From contig OY781092.1 in NCBI GenBank assembly GCA_963676615.1, positions 1,216,001 to 1,280,000 on the forward strand: a stretch of DNA of 64,000 bases, read 5' to 3'. This document shows, piece after piece, positions 8,910 through 17,420 of this stretch; position 1 is the first letter of the stretch; every line of letters starts with the position of its first letter. The notes beneath the pieces were generated by a model. That model saw nothing but the letters and a program-made list of their open reading frames with translations, did not search any database and was not told the origin of the DNA. The stretch comes from Candidatus Cloacimonadota bacterium. Its GTDB lineage: Bacteria; Cloacimonadota; Cloacimonadia; G963667145. The translations under genes and the position numbers were made by a program.

Positions 8910-10225
8910 GGCACCGTCCAAAAAAGTGTGTCTAATCTCCAATTTGGTTTCCATTTTCTTAACTTTCTGGGAACAAAATTTTGTCAAATTTAAATTGATA
9001 AATCGGATAATTCAGATATTTATCGACCTTGTCCATCGCGACCTTGCTCAGCAGCAGTAGCACAGACTCATCGCTGGGCATCGAGTTCCTGATTTTCAAA
9101 ACTTTCCGAAACTGTTTATTCAAATTTTCGATCCAATTTGTGGTGTAAATCAGCCGCTGAATTCTGTGGTCAAACTCCAAAAAAGTGAAATAATAAACGA
9201 CATCGTCTCTGTTTAATAACTTCTTGGTAAATCGATACTTATCTCCCCATTTTTTCGCAAAATTATCCAAATTTTTCAAAGCAATTTCTTTCGTATAGCG
9301 TTCTTGTCCGACGCAAAAAATTTCCTTCAAATCGTCGCTAATTTCGCTTTTATCACTATTCCTGACCTTAGCTAATAGACTTCTTTTAAAGTGAGTTACA
9401 CACTTTTGAAATTTCGCATTTTTAAAAACTTTGCTCACCACATTTTCCAGCCCAACAAGGCCGTCAGCCACGACCAATTTTGTCGTTTGCAAGCCTCGCG
9501 ATTTTAGGCGATTAAACAAGAATTCCCAGCCAGCAGCGCTCTCGGTCGGGATATTTTCGAGCGCCAAAATGTCCCGACTTTTGTCCTCTCGGACGCCGAT
9601 AACCACGCAAAACGCCTCAGTTTCAACACTGTCGAGCCGCCTCAATTTGGAATGTATGGCGTCAATCATAATAATCGGATAGTTTTTTTCTAGCGGCCTA
9701 TTTCGCCAATTTGTCAACAATTCTTTGAATTCTTGGCTGATATTGCTGATGGTCGATTTTTTGTAATTCGTGCCAAAAACATTTGCGAAAACATTCTCTA
9801 TGTCTCTGGTAGACAAGCCTTTAGCATACAGCTGAAACGCCAATTCTCGTACTTCTTGCTCCTGCTTTTTCAAAATTTCCAAGATAAATGGATAAAATTG
9901 ACCGAATCTGTCGCGCGGAATTTTGAATTGAATTTTGCCGCTGAGAGATGAAAAACACCTGCTGCGATAGCCGTTGCCTTTGTTGTTTGAGCTTTTGTTT
10001 TCCGCCATAAAAGCCTGTCTTTCCAGCTTCATAAGGCTGTTAAAAACGAACTCGATCAATTTATTCGCGCCATAATCATTGACATTTTCGTCTAAAATTT
10101 TTTGTAGTTGACTTGCGTTAAATCGCATAAGAATCTCCTTTTTTGTTCTTTTTTTTATAAAAATTGGAGATTCTTTTTTTGTGTCTAGTTTTTTTTGCTG
10201 CAGACACACTTTTTTGGACAGTGCC
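8910..10225 (-). mobile_element. IS256-family insertion sequence, apparently intact, with 24-bp terminal inverted repeats and an 8-bp target-site duplication
   Basis: TIRs GGCACCGTCCAAAAAAGTGTGTCT (8910-8933) and its near reverse complement at 10202-10225 (1 mismatch); direct repeat GGAGAAAA at 8902-8909 and 10226-10233. Confidence 0.93.
8959..10128 (-). CDS. IS256-family (mutator-type DDE) transposase
   Basis: NGYRSR, IPRDR.G.F, LYAKGLSTRDI, IDAI, VADGL.GL, QKCVTHF.R, IYTTNWIE.LN; start MRFNAS after AAGGAG. Confidence 0.93.
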   Translation of the reverse strand: MRFNASQLQKILDENVNDYGANKLIEFVFNSLMKLERQAFMAENKSSNNKGNGYRSRCFSSLSGKIQFKIPRDRFGQFYPFILEILKKQEQEVRELAFQLYAKGLSTRDIENVFANVFGTNYKKSTISNISQEFKELLTNWRNRPLEKNYPIIMIDAIHSKLRRLDSVETEAFCVVIGVREDKSRDILALENIPTESAAGWEFLFNRLKSRGLQTTKLVVADGLVGLENVVSKVFKNAKFQKCVTHFKRSLLAKVRNSDKSEISDDLKEIFCVGQERYTKEIALKNLDNFAKKWGDKYRFTKKLLNRDDVVYYFTFLEFDHRIQRLIYTTNWIENLNKQFRKVLKIRNSMPSDESVLLLLSKVAMDKVDKYLNYPIYQFKFDKILFPES

Positions 10226-10233
10226 GGAGAAAA

Positions 10234-10575
10234 ATGAAAACGAAGCAAATCTCTTGGCAAGATTTTGCCAAAATCGAAATCCGCACAGGCACAATCGTTG
10301 CCGCAGAAGCGTTTGTGGAGGCTCGCAACCCTGCCTACAAGCTACAAATCGACTTCGGCGCAGAGCTTGGCACCAAAAAATCTTCTGCCCAAATCACCAA
10401 ACTTTACTCGGCTGAGGAACTCATCGGCAAGCAAGTCGTGGCTGTGGTCAACTTCCCAAAAAAGCAAATCGCCAATTTGATGAGCGAATGCTTGGTTTTG
10501 GGCGCTATTTCTGGCGACGAAGTCTCGCTGCTATCGCCCGACAAGCTTTGCCAAAACGGGCTAAAAATCGGCTAA
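10234..10575 (+). CDS. csaA: CsaA/Trbp111-type tRNA-binding protein / secretion chaperone
   Basis: ISWQDFAKIEIRTGTI, ARNPAYKL.IDFG, KKSSAQIT, VVNFPKKQIA..MSECLVLG. Confidence 0.85.
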   Translation: MKTKQISWQDFAKIEIRTGTIVAAEAFVEARNPAYKLQIDFGAELGTKKSSAQITKLYSAEELIGKQVVAVVNFPKKQIANLMSECLVLGAISGDEVSLLSPDKLCQNGLKIG

Positions 10576-10576
10576 C

Positions 10577-10615
10577 AAAAAAAGCTTGCTCTTTTTTTTA
10601 GAACAAGCTTTTTTC
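10577..10615. terminator. Bidirectional intrinsic terminator between convergent csaA and proX
   Basis: AAAAAAAGCTTG…CAAGCTTTTTT inverted repeat with A/T tails on both sides. Confidence 0.7.
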
Positions 10616-10630
10616 TTCTAATCGCAAAAA

Positions 10631-11476
10631 TTATTTAAAGCCTTTGAGCATCCGCTTCACAGATTTAGGATTCTCCTTAACCCACTCTTCTACAGCCACT
10701 TCAATATCTTCGTTGTCTTTGATTTTTATCATCAAACTAGAAATTTCCGGGTCGGTTATCGTGAACTGTCCCAAAAATTTAGCGAGCTCGGGCTTATCTT
10801 GCGGCAAATTTTTTCTGCCTTTTATCTGAATAACGCCAGTGTCCCAATATTTGTCTTTGTCTTGCTCCAAAATCTTCAAATCCCAGCGACCGAACATCCA
10901 ATGCGGCTTCCAGCCAGGCACCACAATCCACTGCTTGTTTGCAATCGCTTTTTTTAGAGCCGCCGTCATCGCAGGACCGCTGGACGCCAGCAGCTGCATA
11001 TCCAAATCGTAATCTTTGATTAGCTGCTCAATCTGGGTCATCATCCCCGCGCCAGCGTCGATTCCCACAATTTTGTTGTCGAATTTTGCGGCAGACCCTT
11101 TCAGCTCCGAAATTTTGTCGATTGTCACATAAGAAGGGACGACCAGCCCACAAATCGTGCCGCGGTAGATGTCGCCGAGAGTGATGAGCTCGTCGCCGTA
11201 TTTGTCCAGATAATCTTTTTGCAACGCTGGCCAGCACTCCATATACGCGTCCTGATTGCCCTTCGCCACAGAGGCGTAGGCGGGCGCAACATCGGCAGCC
11301 GTCAAATTCACCTCATATCCCAGCTGATTTTCCAGCAAATTTTTGATCAAATGCGTGTAAGCCACGCCCTCTGCCCAGTTCACATACACCAATTCGGCGG
11401 TTTTTTTGTTCTCTTTTCCTTTGCAAGCCGCCGCAAAAATTGCCACAGCCAAAAACAGAAATAGTAGTTTCTTCAT
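10631..11476 (-). CDS. proX: Glycine betaine ABC transporter substrate-binding lipoprotein (ProX/OpuAC)
   Basis: Lipobox AAAC; VNWAEG, GLVVPSY, IVGIDAGAG, GWKPHWMF (Trp cage). Confidence 0.85.
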   Translation of the reverse strand: MKKLLFLFLAVAIFAAACKGKENKKTAELVYVNWAEGVAYTHLIKNLLENQLGYEVNLTAADVAPAYASVAKGNQDAYMECWPALQKDYLDKYGDELITLGDIYRGTICGLVVPSYVTIDKISELKGSAAKFDNKIVGIDAGAGMMTQIEQLIKDYDLDMQLLASSGPAMTAALKKAIANKQWIVVPGWKPHWMFGRWDLKILEQDKDKYWDTGVIQIKGRKNLPQDKPELAKFLGQFTITDPEISSLMIKIKDNEDIEVAVEEWVKENPKSVKRMLKGFK

Positions 11477-11490
11477 CGTGTCTCCTTGTT

Positions 11491-12321
11491 TCACTTTTTT
11501 TTATTTTTCAGCCCAAAAGACTGCGTTACTCTATCCAAAAATATCGCCAAAATCACGACTGCCAGCCCGCTTTCGAACCCAATATCGATTCGCAATTGGG
11601 TAATGCCCTTCAAAATCTCGCCTCCTAGACCTCCTGCGCCAATCATCGCGCTGATGACCACCATCGAAAGCGAGAGCATAATCGTCTGGTTAATTCCAGT
11701 GAAAATCGTTTTTTTCGCTAGAGGCAACTGCACCTTCAGCAGTAGCTGGGTCGGCGAGCAGCCAAACGAGATGCCGGCTTCCACCACCTCTTTGGAAACT
11801 TCTCGAATGCCCAAAGTCGTCAGCCGCACGGCTGGCGGCATCGAAAAAATCACCGTCGAAATCACGCCCGGCACTCTGCCCAGCTGAAAAAACAAAACCG
11901 ACGGAATCAGATAGACAAAAGCTGGCATTGTTTGCATAAAATCCAGCACCAAGCGCACCGAAGCCTCCGCCTGTTTACTCCGCGAGCAAAAAATTCCAAT
12001 CGGGATGCCGATTATAAGCGCCAAAAATGTCGAAATCAAAATCATCGCCAAAGTCTGCATCGTCTGCAGCCAAAATCCCATCGACCAAATCATCGCAAAG
12101 CCAACAAGCGTGAAAATCGCCACGCCTTTGCCGCAAAGTTTATACGCCAAAAGCGCCAGAGCAAAAATCAGCAAAAAAGCAGGAACCCAAATCAAAACAG
12201 CTTCCACGCCCTGAATAAAGCTGGTTACCACAATCGTGATAAACTCAAAAAGCCAGCTAAAATGCGCCTCTAGCCAATCAACGCCCGAAGCAAAAAGTTT
12301 GCCAATATTCATAAATTTCAT
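11491..12321 (-). CDS. proW: Glycine betaine ABC transporter permease (ProW/OpuAB)
   Basis: LDFMQTMPAFVYLIP, PPAVRLT.LGI, GINQTIMLSLSMVV. Confidence 0.9.
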   Translation of the reverse strand: MKFMNIGKLFASGVDWLEAHFSWLFEFITIVVTSFIQGVEAVLIWVPAFLLIFALALLAYKLCGKGVAIFTLVGFAMIWSMGFWLQTMQTLAMILISTFLALIIGIPIGIFCSRSKQAEASVRLVLDFMQTMPAFVYLIPSVLFFQLGRVPGVISTVIFSMPPAVRLTTLGIREVSKEVVEAGISFGCSPTQLLLKVQLPLAKKTIFTGINQTIMLSLSMVVISAMIGAGGLGGEILKGITQLRIDIGFESGLAVVILAIFLDRVTQSFGLKNKKK

Positions 12322-13562
12322 CTTTCCTCCACAGCCTCTTTGGGCACGATGTTATCGTCCTGCGTCACATATTCCTCTCCCATCACAATCGACACAGCCG
12401 TCGCCTTGGAGACGATTCCCAAAAACTTGCGATTTTCGTCCACAACGCTGATGGGCATCTCCTCGTTAATATACAGCGGAATCAAATCGTGAATATAAGT
12501 GTCTGGCGACACAACTGGCGCATCTTTATCGATAAAATCCTGCAAATTCTCATAGCCTTTTTTGTCCGCCAAAATCGTCTCCTGCAAAGAGACCATACCC
12601 TCTAGAAATCCGCCGCGAGAAGTCACGGGCAAATATTTCAGAGAATGTCGCCGCATCAAGCGCAGAGCGGCTTTCGGTCCATCTTTTGGATTCATAATCT
12701 TGTCGGGATTTTTGCTCATCACCTTGGAAACCGAGATAATCTTCGCCGAATCGACCTGCTCGACAAAATCGCGCACATAACTATTGGCTGGATCCGCCAA
12801 AATCTGCTCAGGCGTGCCGATTTGCACAATTTTAGCGTCTTTCATAATCGCAATTCTGTCCCCAATCTTGAGCGCCTCATCCAGATCGTGCGTGATAAAA
12901 ACAATCGTCTTGTTCATCTTCTCTTGCAAATTGAGAAGCTCGTCCTGCATATTGCTGCGAATCAGCGGGTCAAGCGCCGAAAAAGCCTCGTCCATCAGCA
13001 AAATATCTGTGCCCATCGCCAAAGCTCTGCCCAGCCCAACTCGCTGCTGCATTCCCCCAGAAAGCTCGCCGCACATCTGCCGACCATACCCTTTGAGCCC
13101 CACCGTCTCCAGCACCTGCTGCGCCCGCTGCTCCCGCTCTTCCAGTGGCACCTGAGCAATCTCCAGCCCAAAAGCCACATTGGAAATCACATCACGATGC
13201 GGCAAAAGCCCAAAATGTTGAAACACCATCGCCACTTCCTTTCGCCTTATCTCCCGCAGCCGCTGCTTGTCCGCGCGCACAATCTCGTAATCGTCCAAAA
13301 AAATCGAGCCAAAAGTTGGATTTATCAATCTGTTCAGGCAACGCAAAAGCGTAGATTTGCCGCTGCCAGACAATCCCATCACCACAAAAATTTCGCCTTC
13401 ATACACCTCAAAAGAAGCGTCGGCGACACCGACATTACAGCCAGTAGAGTTTAAAATTTCTTGCTTGGTTTTGTTTTCTAACAAAAGTTTGCGGATTTTC
13501 TGCTTGTCACCACCAAAAAACTTGCACAATCCTTCAACTTTAATTTTGACTTTTTGATTCAT
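12318..13562 (-). CDS. proV: Glycine betaine ABC transporter ATPase with C-terminal CBS pair (ProV/OpuAA)
   Basis: GEIFVVMGLSGSGKST, LSGGMQQRVGL, LLMDEAFSALDPLIR, CBS domains; start MNQKV after AAGGAGG. Confidence 0.9.
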   Translation of the reverse strand: MNQKVKIKVEGLCKFFGGDKQKIRKLLLENKTKQEILNSTGCNVGVADASFEVYEGEIFVVMGLSGSGKSTLLRCLNRLINPTFGSIFLDDYEIVRADKQRLREIRRKEVAMVFQHFGLLPHRDVISNVAFGLEIAQVPLEEREQRAQQVLETVGLKGYGRQMCGELSGGMQQRVGLGRALAMGTDILLMDEAFSALDPLIRSNMQDELLNLQEKMNKTIVFITHDLDEALKIGDRIAIMKDAKIVQIGTPEQILADPANSYVRDFVEQVDSAKIISVSKVMSKNPDKIMNPKDGPKAALRLMRRHSLKYLPVTSRGGFLEGMVSLQETILADKKGYENLQDFIDKDAPVVSPDTYIHDLIPLYINEEMPISVVDENRKFLGIVSKATAVSIVMGEEYVTQDDNIVPKEAVEER

Positions 13563-13834
13563 ATGCCCTCCTTGGAAAAAACTAGACAATTCTACTTTGG
13601 AAAGGCGATGAGATACAAAAAACAGATTGGAAACTCTCAATAATAGAAGAAACGAAAGTTTCCCGATTTTTTTAAAGAAGAGCTATGGCTCTAAATGATT
13701 TAGTCCTGTTCGGATTTTGATTCTTTTTTTTAAATTCATCTGCTATGACAAAAGCAAAAATCGAGGCTATCTGTCAAGCGCCAACTTCGATTATTATGTA
13801 AACTAGGGGAAATTTTACAAATTTTTGGAGAAAA

Positions 13835-14263
13835 CTACACCTTCTCCCAAAACTCCCTATCCCCTGCCACTTCTGCAAAAAGCGGATGCAACTGGCAACT
13901 GGCGACACCCTGCAAAATCTTCGCTCGTGCAAGGTCTCGCACAGCCAATTTCCGCAGCAAATGCTCCCGCTCATAGGCGATTTGCCCGCTGGTTACCTGC
14001 AATTTTGGCGCACTCTGCACTGGCTCAAATTTGTTCGCATCGAAATTATACCCCCGCCTGCACGCCTCTTCCCACACCTCTTGCAGATAAAAATTGATGC
14101 TCAAAAGCGGCGACTCCGCCTGTCGAAACCGCAAAAGCTGCGGATGATTTTTATAGCCTTTGGTCTGCCCCTGCAAAACTTTTTTCGCCAAAAGCGTCTC
14201 TCGCCAAAGAGCCAGCAACCCCTTAACATCCAGATATTTCGGGTGAATCGACCACAATCGCAT
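13835..14263 (-). CDS. Pyrimidine dimer DNA glycosylase / T4 endonuclease V family protein
   Basis: MRLWSIHPKYLD.KGLLALWRE.LLA, GYKNHPQL.RF, RGYNFD signature. Confidence 0.85.
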   Translation of the reverse strand: MRLWSIHPKYLDVKGLLALWRETLLAKKVLQGQTKGYKNHPQLLRFRQAESPLLSINFYLQEVWEEACRRGYNFDANKFEPVQSAPKLQVTSGQIAYEREHLLRKLAVRDLARAKILQGVASCQLHPLFAEVAGDREFWEKV

Positions 14264-14299
14264 AATTTTTTACCTTGCAAACAGCAAAAAATCTCGCCG

Positions 14300-14785
14300 C
14301 TACAACGGCATCTGAGCGGTCAGCACGCAAAACACCTGCATTCCGAGTCCCTTGCCAAAATCGCTCAAACCCTCGCCAGTGGTCGCTGTGAGACCGATAT
14401 TTCCTGGCTCCATCTGCAAAATCTTCGCTAGAGACTCTTTTATCTCCAAAATTCTGCCCTCCAGCTTTGGTTTTTGCGCCTCAACCGAGAGCGACAAATG
14501 CACGATTTTGCCGTTTTGCTCTGCCAAATCTTCCAACGCCGCAGCCAAATACTGCTTGCTGTCGGTGATGCCCAGCCTGCACATTTTGTCGGCAACTTTG
14601 CCCAAAATATTGCGCCCCGTAACGCCCGAAATAGCGTTGGTTATCGCATGCAAAATCACATCGCCGTCGCTGTTGGCAACAAAGCTAAACTCTTTGCTAA
14701 AGCAAATTCCGCCCAAAAAAAGCCCTTTGGTTGTATCGCCAAAATCGTAGCGATGGCTGTCCTGCCCGATGCTCACCTTAATCAT
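14300..14785 (-). CDS. ispF: 2-C-methyl-D-erythritol 2,4-cyclodiphosphate synthase, divergent type
   Basis: IGQDSH, LGGI, SDGDV.LHA, ATTGEGL..FG.G.G. Confidence 0.85.
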   Translation of the reverse strand: MIKVSIGQDSHRYDFGDTTKGLFLGGICFSKEFSFVANSDGDVILHAITNAISGVTGRNILGKVADKMCRLGITDSKQYLAAALEDLAEQNGKIVHLSLSVEAQKPKLEGRILEIKESLAKILQMEPGNIGLTATTGEGLSDFGKGLGMQVFCVLTAQMPL

Positions 14786-15627
14786 TGCAAGAACCCCCTA
14801 ACAAGCTCAATCTGCTGGGCGTAGCTGCTCAATTTCGCGGGCGTCTCCAAAATCAGCGGCTTCTTTTGCGCATACGCAAACCGCACAATCTCTGCAATCC
14901 CCGCCAAGCCAATTTTGCCCGCTCCCAAATCTTCGTGTCGATCCACTCGGCTGCCGACGATTTTTTTGGCGTCGTTCAGGTGAAAGCAAACCAGCCGCTG
15001 GATGCCCATTCGCTGATCGAACTCATCCAACCAACTTTGCACGCCGTCCTTGCTGGTCAAATCGTATCCCGCAGCAAAAGCGTGGCAAGTGTCTAGGCAA
15101 AATCCAATGCGAGGATGACGCTCCAGCGCATCGAAAAGTTCCTCCAGCTCGGGCAAGCGAAACCCAATCTCCGTGCCTTGCCCTGCGGTGTTCTCCAGCA
15201 CAATTTTCGCATCCTCTGGCGTCGCCTGCAGCACATATTCCAAGCTTTGTTTGATGTTCGCAAAAGCCTCTTTTTTCTCCATTTCCAGATACTTCCCGAT
15301 GTGCAAAACGATGCCCGCTCCACCAAGCGCGCTGATTTTTTTCATATCGTCCACCAAACTGTCGGCAACATAGGCGAACTCCTGCAGCGGTTTGGCAAAG
15401 TTCAAAAGATAGGAGCAGTGCCCGATGAGGAAAATGTCTTTCTCCTGCAGCCGCGCGCGCACCTGCTGGGCTTCCTCCTGCGTCAAATTTTTCGCATAGC
15501 GATAGCTGCGCGGACTTTTCAAAAAAATCTGCACAGCGTTGCCGCCCCAATCTTCCACAGTCGTCACCGCCTGCAAAAAGCCCTTGGCAATCGAGCTGTG
15601 CGCCCCGATTTTCAAAACATCACTCAC
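14782..15627 (-). CDS. nfo: Endonuclease IV (AP endonuclease)
   Basis: IGAHSSI, QIFLKSPR, LENTAGQG, CLDTCH.FAAG, HLND, DRHE, ILETP; GTG start at 15627 after GGAGG. Confidence 0.9.
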   Translation of the reverse strand: MSDVLKIGAHSSIAKGFLQAVTTVEDWGGNAVQIFLKSPRSYRYAKNLTQEEAQQVRARLQEKDIFLIGHCSYLLNFAKPLQEFAYVADSLVDDMKKISALGGAGIVLHIGKYLEMEKKEAFANIKQSLEYVLQATPEDAKIVLENTAGQGTEIGFRLPELEELFDALERHPRIGFCLDTCHAFAAGYDLTSKDGVQSWLDEFDQRMGIQRLVCFHLNDAKKIVGSRVDRHEDLGAGKIGLAGIAEIVRFAYAQKKPLILETPAKLSSYAQQIELVRGFLQ

Positions 15628-15647
15628 AATTTGCCTCCGTTTGTGGT

Positions 15648-15719
15648 TTCGACTCCGCTCAACCACCGCGTTTATTTCCTTAGCGGAGTCGAAGAATGGT
15701 TCCTGAGCGAAATCGAAGG
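15648..15719. repeat. REP-like palindromic repeat cluster (three units)
   Basis: TTCGACTCCGCT (15648-15659) is the exact reverse complement of AGCGGAGTCGAA (15682-15693); third related unit CCTGAGCGAAATCGAAGG (15702-15719). Confidence 0.7.
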
Positions 15720-15727
15720 AAACATTT

Positions 15728-16711
15728 TTAAAACGCAATCACAGTTCCAATGTCCGATTTCGACAAGCCATTTTCTGCAATGTCGTCGAAAGTTCTCACC
15801 TTCAACTCCCGCTTGATGTAACCCGCAGAGCTCAGCAAATCGATCGCCTTTTGCATAACCTGACCGCTTGGACCCGTGACTTGTCCCATCAATTCCACGC
15901 TCTCTTTTTTGGCAAGCTTAATGTATTTTCTGTTCGTCAAATTGATGATAAAGCCAATCACGCCCGGCAATTTTACTCCCGCTTTGTGCATCTGCGACGG
16001 ATCGGGCAGCAGAATCGACACCACTTTTTTGGGCTTCAGCCCAATCGACTTGAGCAAAGTTTCCTTGCCCAGCACATCAAAAATGTAATCAACATCGGCA
16101 TCTTTGAGCACCTTGGCAAAATCTTCAGATTTGTAATCGACAATTTTCGAAACGCCAGCTTTTTGCAAAAATTCTTCGGCGCTTTTCGACGCAGTGGCGA
16201 CAATCTCCAAACCCAGAGCTTTGCACAGCTGAACCGCCTGAAATCCGACACCGCCAGCAGCTCCGTGAATCAAAATCTTCTCCCCTTTCTGCGGCTTTAG
16301 CGCCGTAATAGCTTCATACGCTGTCAAAAGCGGAAGCGCTACCGCTCCAGCCTCAAAAGCGTCAATACTTTCGGGAATTTTTGCACAAAATTTTTCGGAT
16401 ATCACAATCTCTTGCGCCCACGCTCCAATATCGCTAAACAGCCGATAAAACATAGCTTTATCGCCCACTTTAAAATTAGCCACGCCAGAGCCAACCTCCG
16501 CGACTTCGCCAGCACCGTCAACTCCGCCAATCTGAGGATTTTTATATTTCAAAGTCGGGAATCCCTTCATCAAATCCATATCGATCGGATTCACCCTGCT
16601 GGATATCATCTTTAGCCGAATCTCGCCAGCCTGCAAAGCCGCTTTTGGCATCTGCACCACCTGCATTGTGGCAAACTCCTTGCCACGCTTAGTTTGAACT
16701 ATCGCTCTCAT
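15728..16711 (-). CDS. Zinc-independent MDR-family NAD(P)H oxidoreductase (quinone reductase/enoyl-reductase-like)
   Basis: VNPID, G.DGAG.V.EVG, ILIHGAAGGVG..AVQL; no Zn-binding Cys cluster; start MRAIVQ after AAGGAG. Confidence 0.85.
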   Translation of the reverse strand: MRAIVQTKRGKEFATMQVVQMPKAALQAGEIRLKMISSRVNPIDMDLMKGFPTLKYKNPQIGGVDGAGEVAEVGSGVANFKVGDKAMFYRLFSDIGAWAQEIVISEKFCAKIPESIDAFEAGAVALPLLTAYEAITALKPQKGEKILIHGAAGGVGFQAVQLCKALGLEIVATASKSAEEFLQKAGVSKIVDYKSEDFAKVLKDADVDYIFDVLGKETLLKSIGLKPKKVVSILLPDPSQMHKAGVKLPGVIGFIINLTNRKYIKLAKKESVELMGQVTGPSGQVMQKAIDLLSSAGYIKRELKVRTFDDIAENGLSKSDIGTVIAF

Positions 16712-16802
16712 TTTTTCTCCTTTTCCTAATTGCAACAAAATCAACCAGTTATAATTATTTACGACCGTATAAAATCAGCCGCATTTTTTTAGTAAATTAC
16801 CG

Positions 16803-17420
16803 CTAAAACCCTTTTGGCAGCTCGATGGCTTTGGCTGGACACACCTGATAGCAAGTGCCACATTCGTCGCACAACTCTGGATTTATCTTATAAGGCGAGC
16901 CTTCGCTTATAGCAGCAAAAGGGCAAACCTCAGCACATTTTCCGCAAGCGATACATTTTTCGGTAATAAAAAGCCCCGCTGGCGACACCTGCTGATTTCC
17001 AATGGCGAACCTGCGCCGTATCAGCTTCGCTTTTTCGCCGCTAATGTCAAAAATTTCGCCTCTAGCATTTTTTAGGTGAAACAGACTGCTCGTGGCAAAC
17101 TTATTGCCGTCAGGAAAAAGCTCCAACAAACTCGGGCTATGCTCAAAAACCTTGTCCAGATTGCCGTCGCCCAGCTCGATAGCCGCGCCCTTTAGCCGCA
17201 CTTGCGTAAAATTGTCGTTAATCACCGTAATGGCGATGTTACAATTTTTTTGCAGCTGCCAATAAAACGGCTTGCTCTTTAGCGTGATGAAATAAATTTC
17301 GCCGTCAATAATTTGCAAATCCACAATTCTGGACTCGGGATTTCCGCCTGCAACCGTCGAAATGACGCTCGATTTCACATCTTTCAAGATTTTTATAGCC
17401 TCGTTTTTCACACTATCCAT
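16803..17420 (-). CDS. Pyridoxamine 5'-phosphate oxidase-like flavin-binding split barrel fused to a 2x[4Fe-4S] ferredoxin
   Basis: ISTV…PESRIV…IYFIT.K.K..YWQL..N; C-terminal CIACGKCAEVCP and CDECGTCYQVCP. Confidence 0.8.
   Translation of the reverse strand: MDSVKNEAIKILKDVKSSVISTVAGGNPESRIVDLQIIDGEIYFITLKSKPFYWQLQKNCNIAITVINDNFTQVRLKGAAIELGDGNLDKVFEHSPSLLELFPDGNKFATSSLFHLKNARGEIFDISGEKAKLIRRRFAIGNQQVSPAGLFITEKCIACGKCAEVCPFAAISEGSPYKINPELCDECGTCYQVCPAKAIELPKGF

Noticed and set aside
10129..10260. Longer 433-aa transposase start
   Set aside because: It would begin outside the IS terminal repeat, inside csaA; ATG 10128 has an RBS.
15628..15738. N-terminal extension of Nfo
   Set aside because: Translation through the REP-like repeat; the GTG at 15627 has a good GGAGG RBS.
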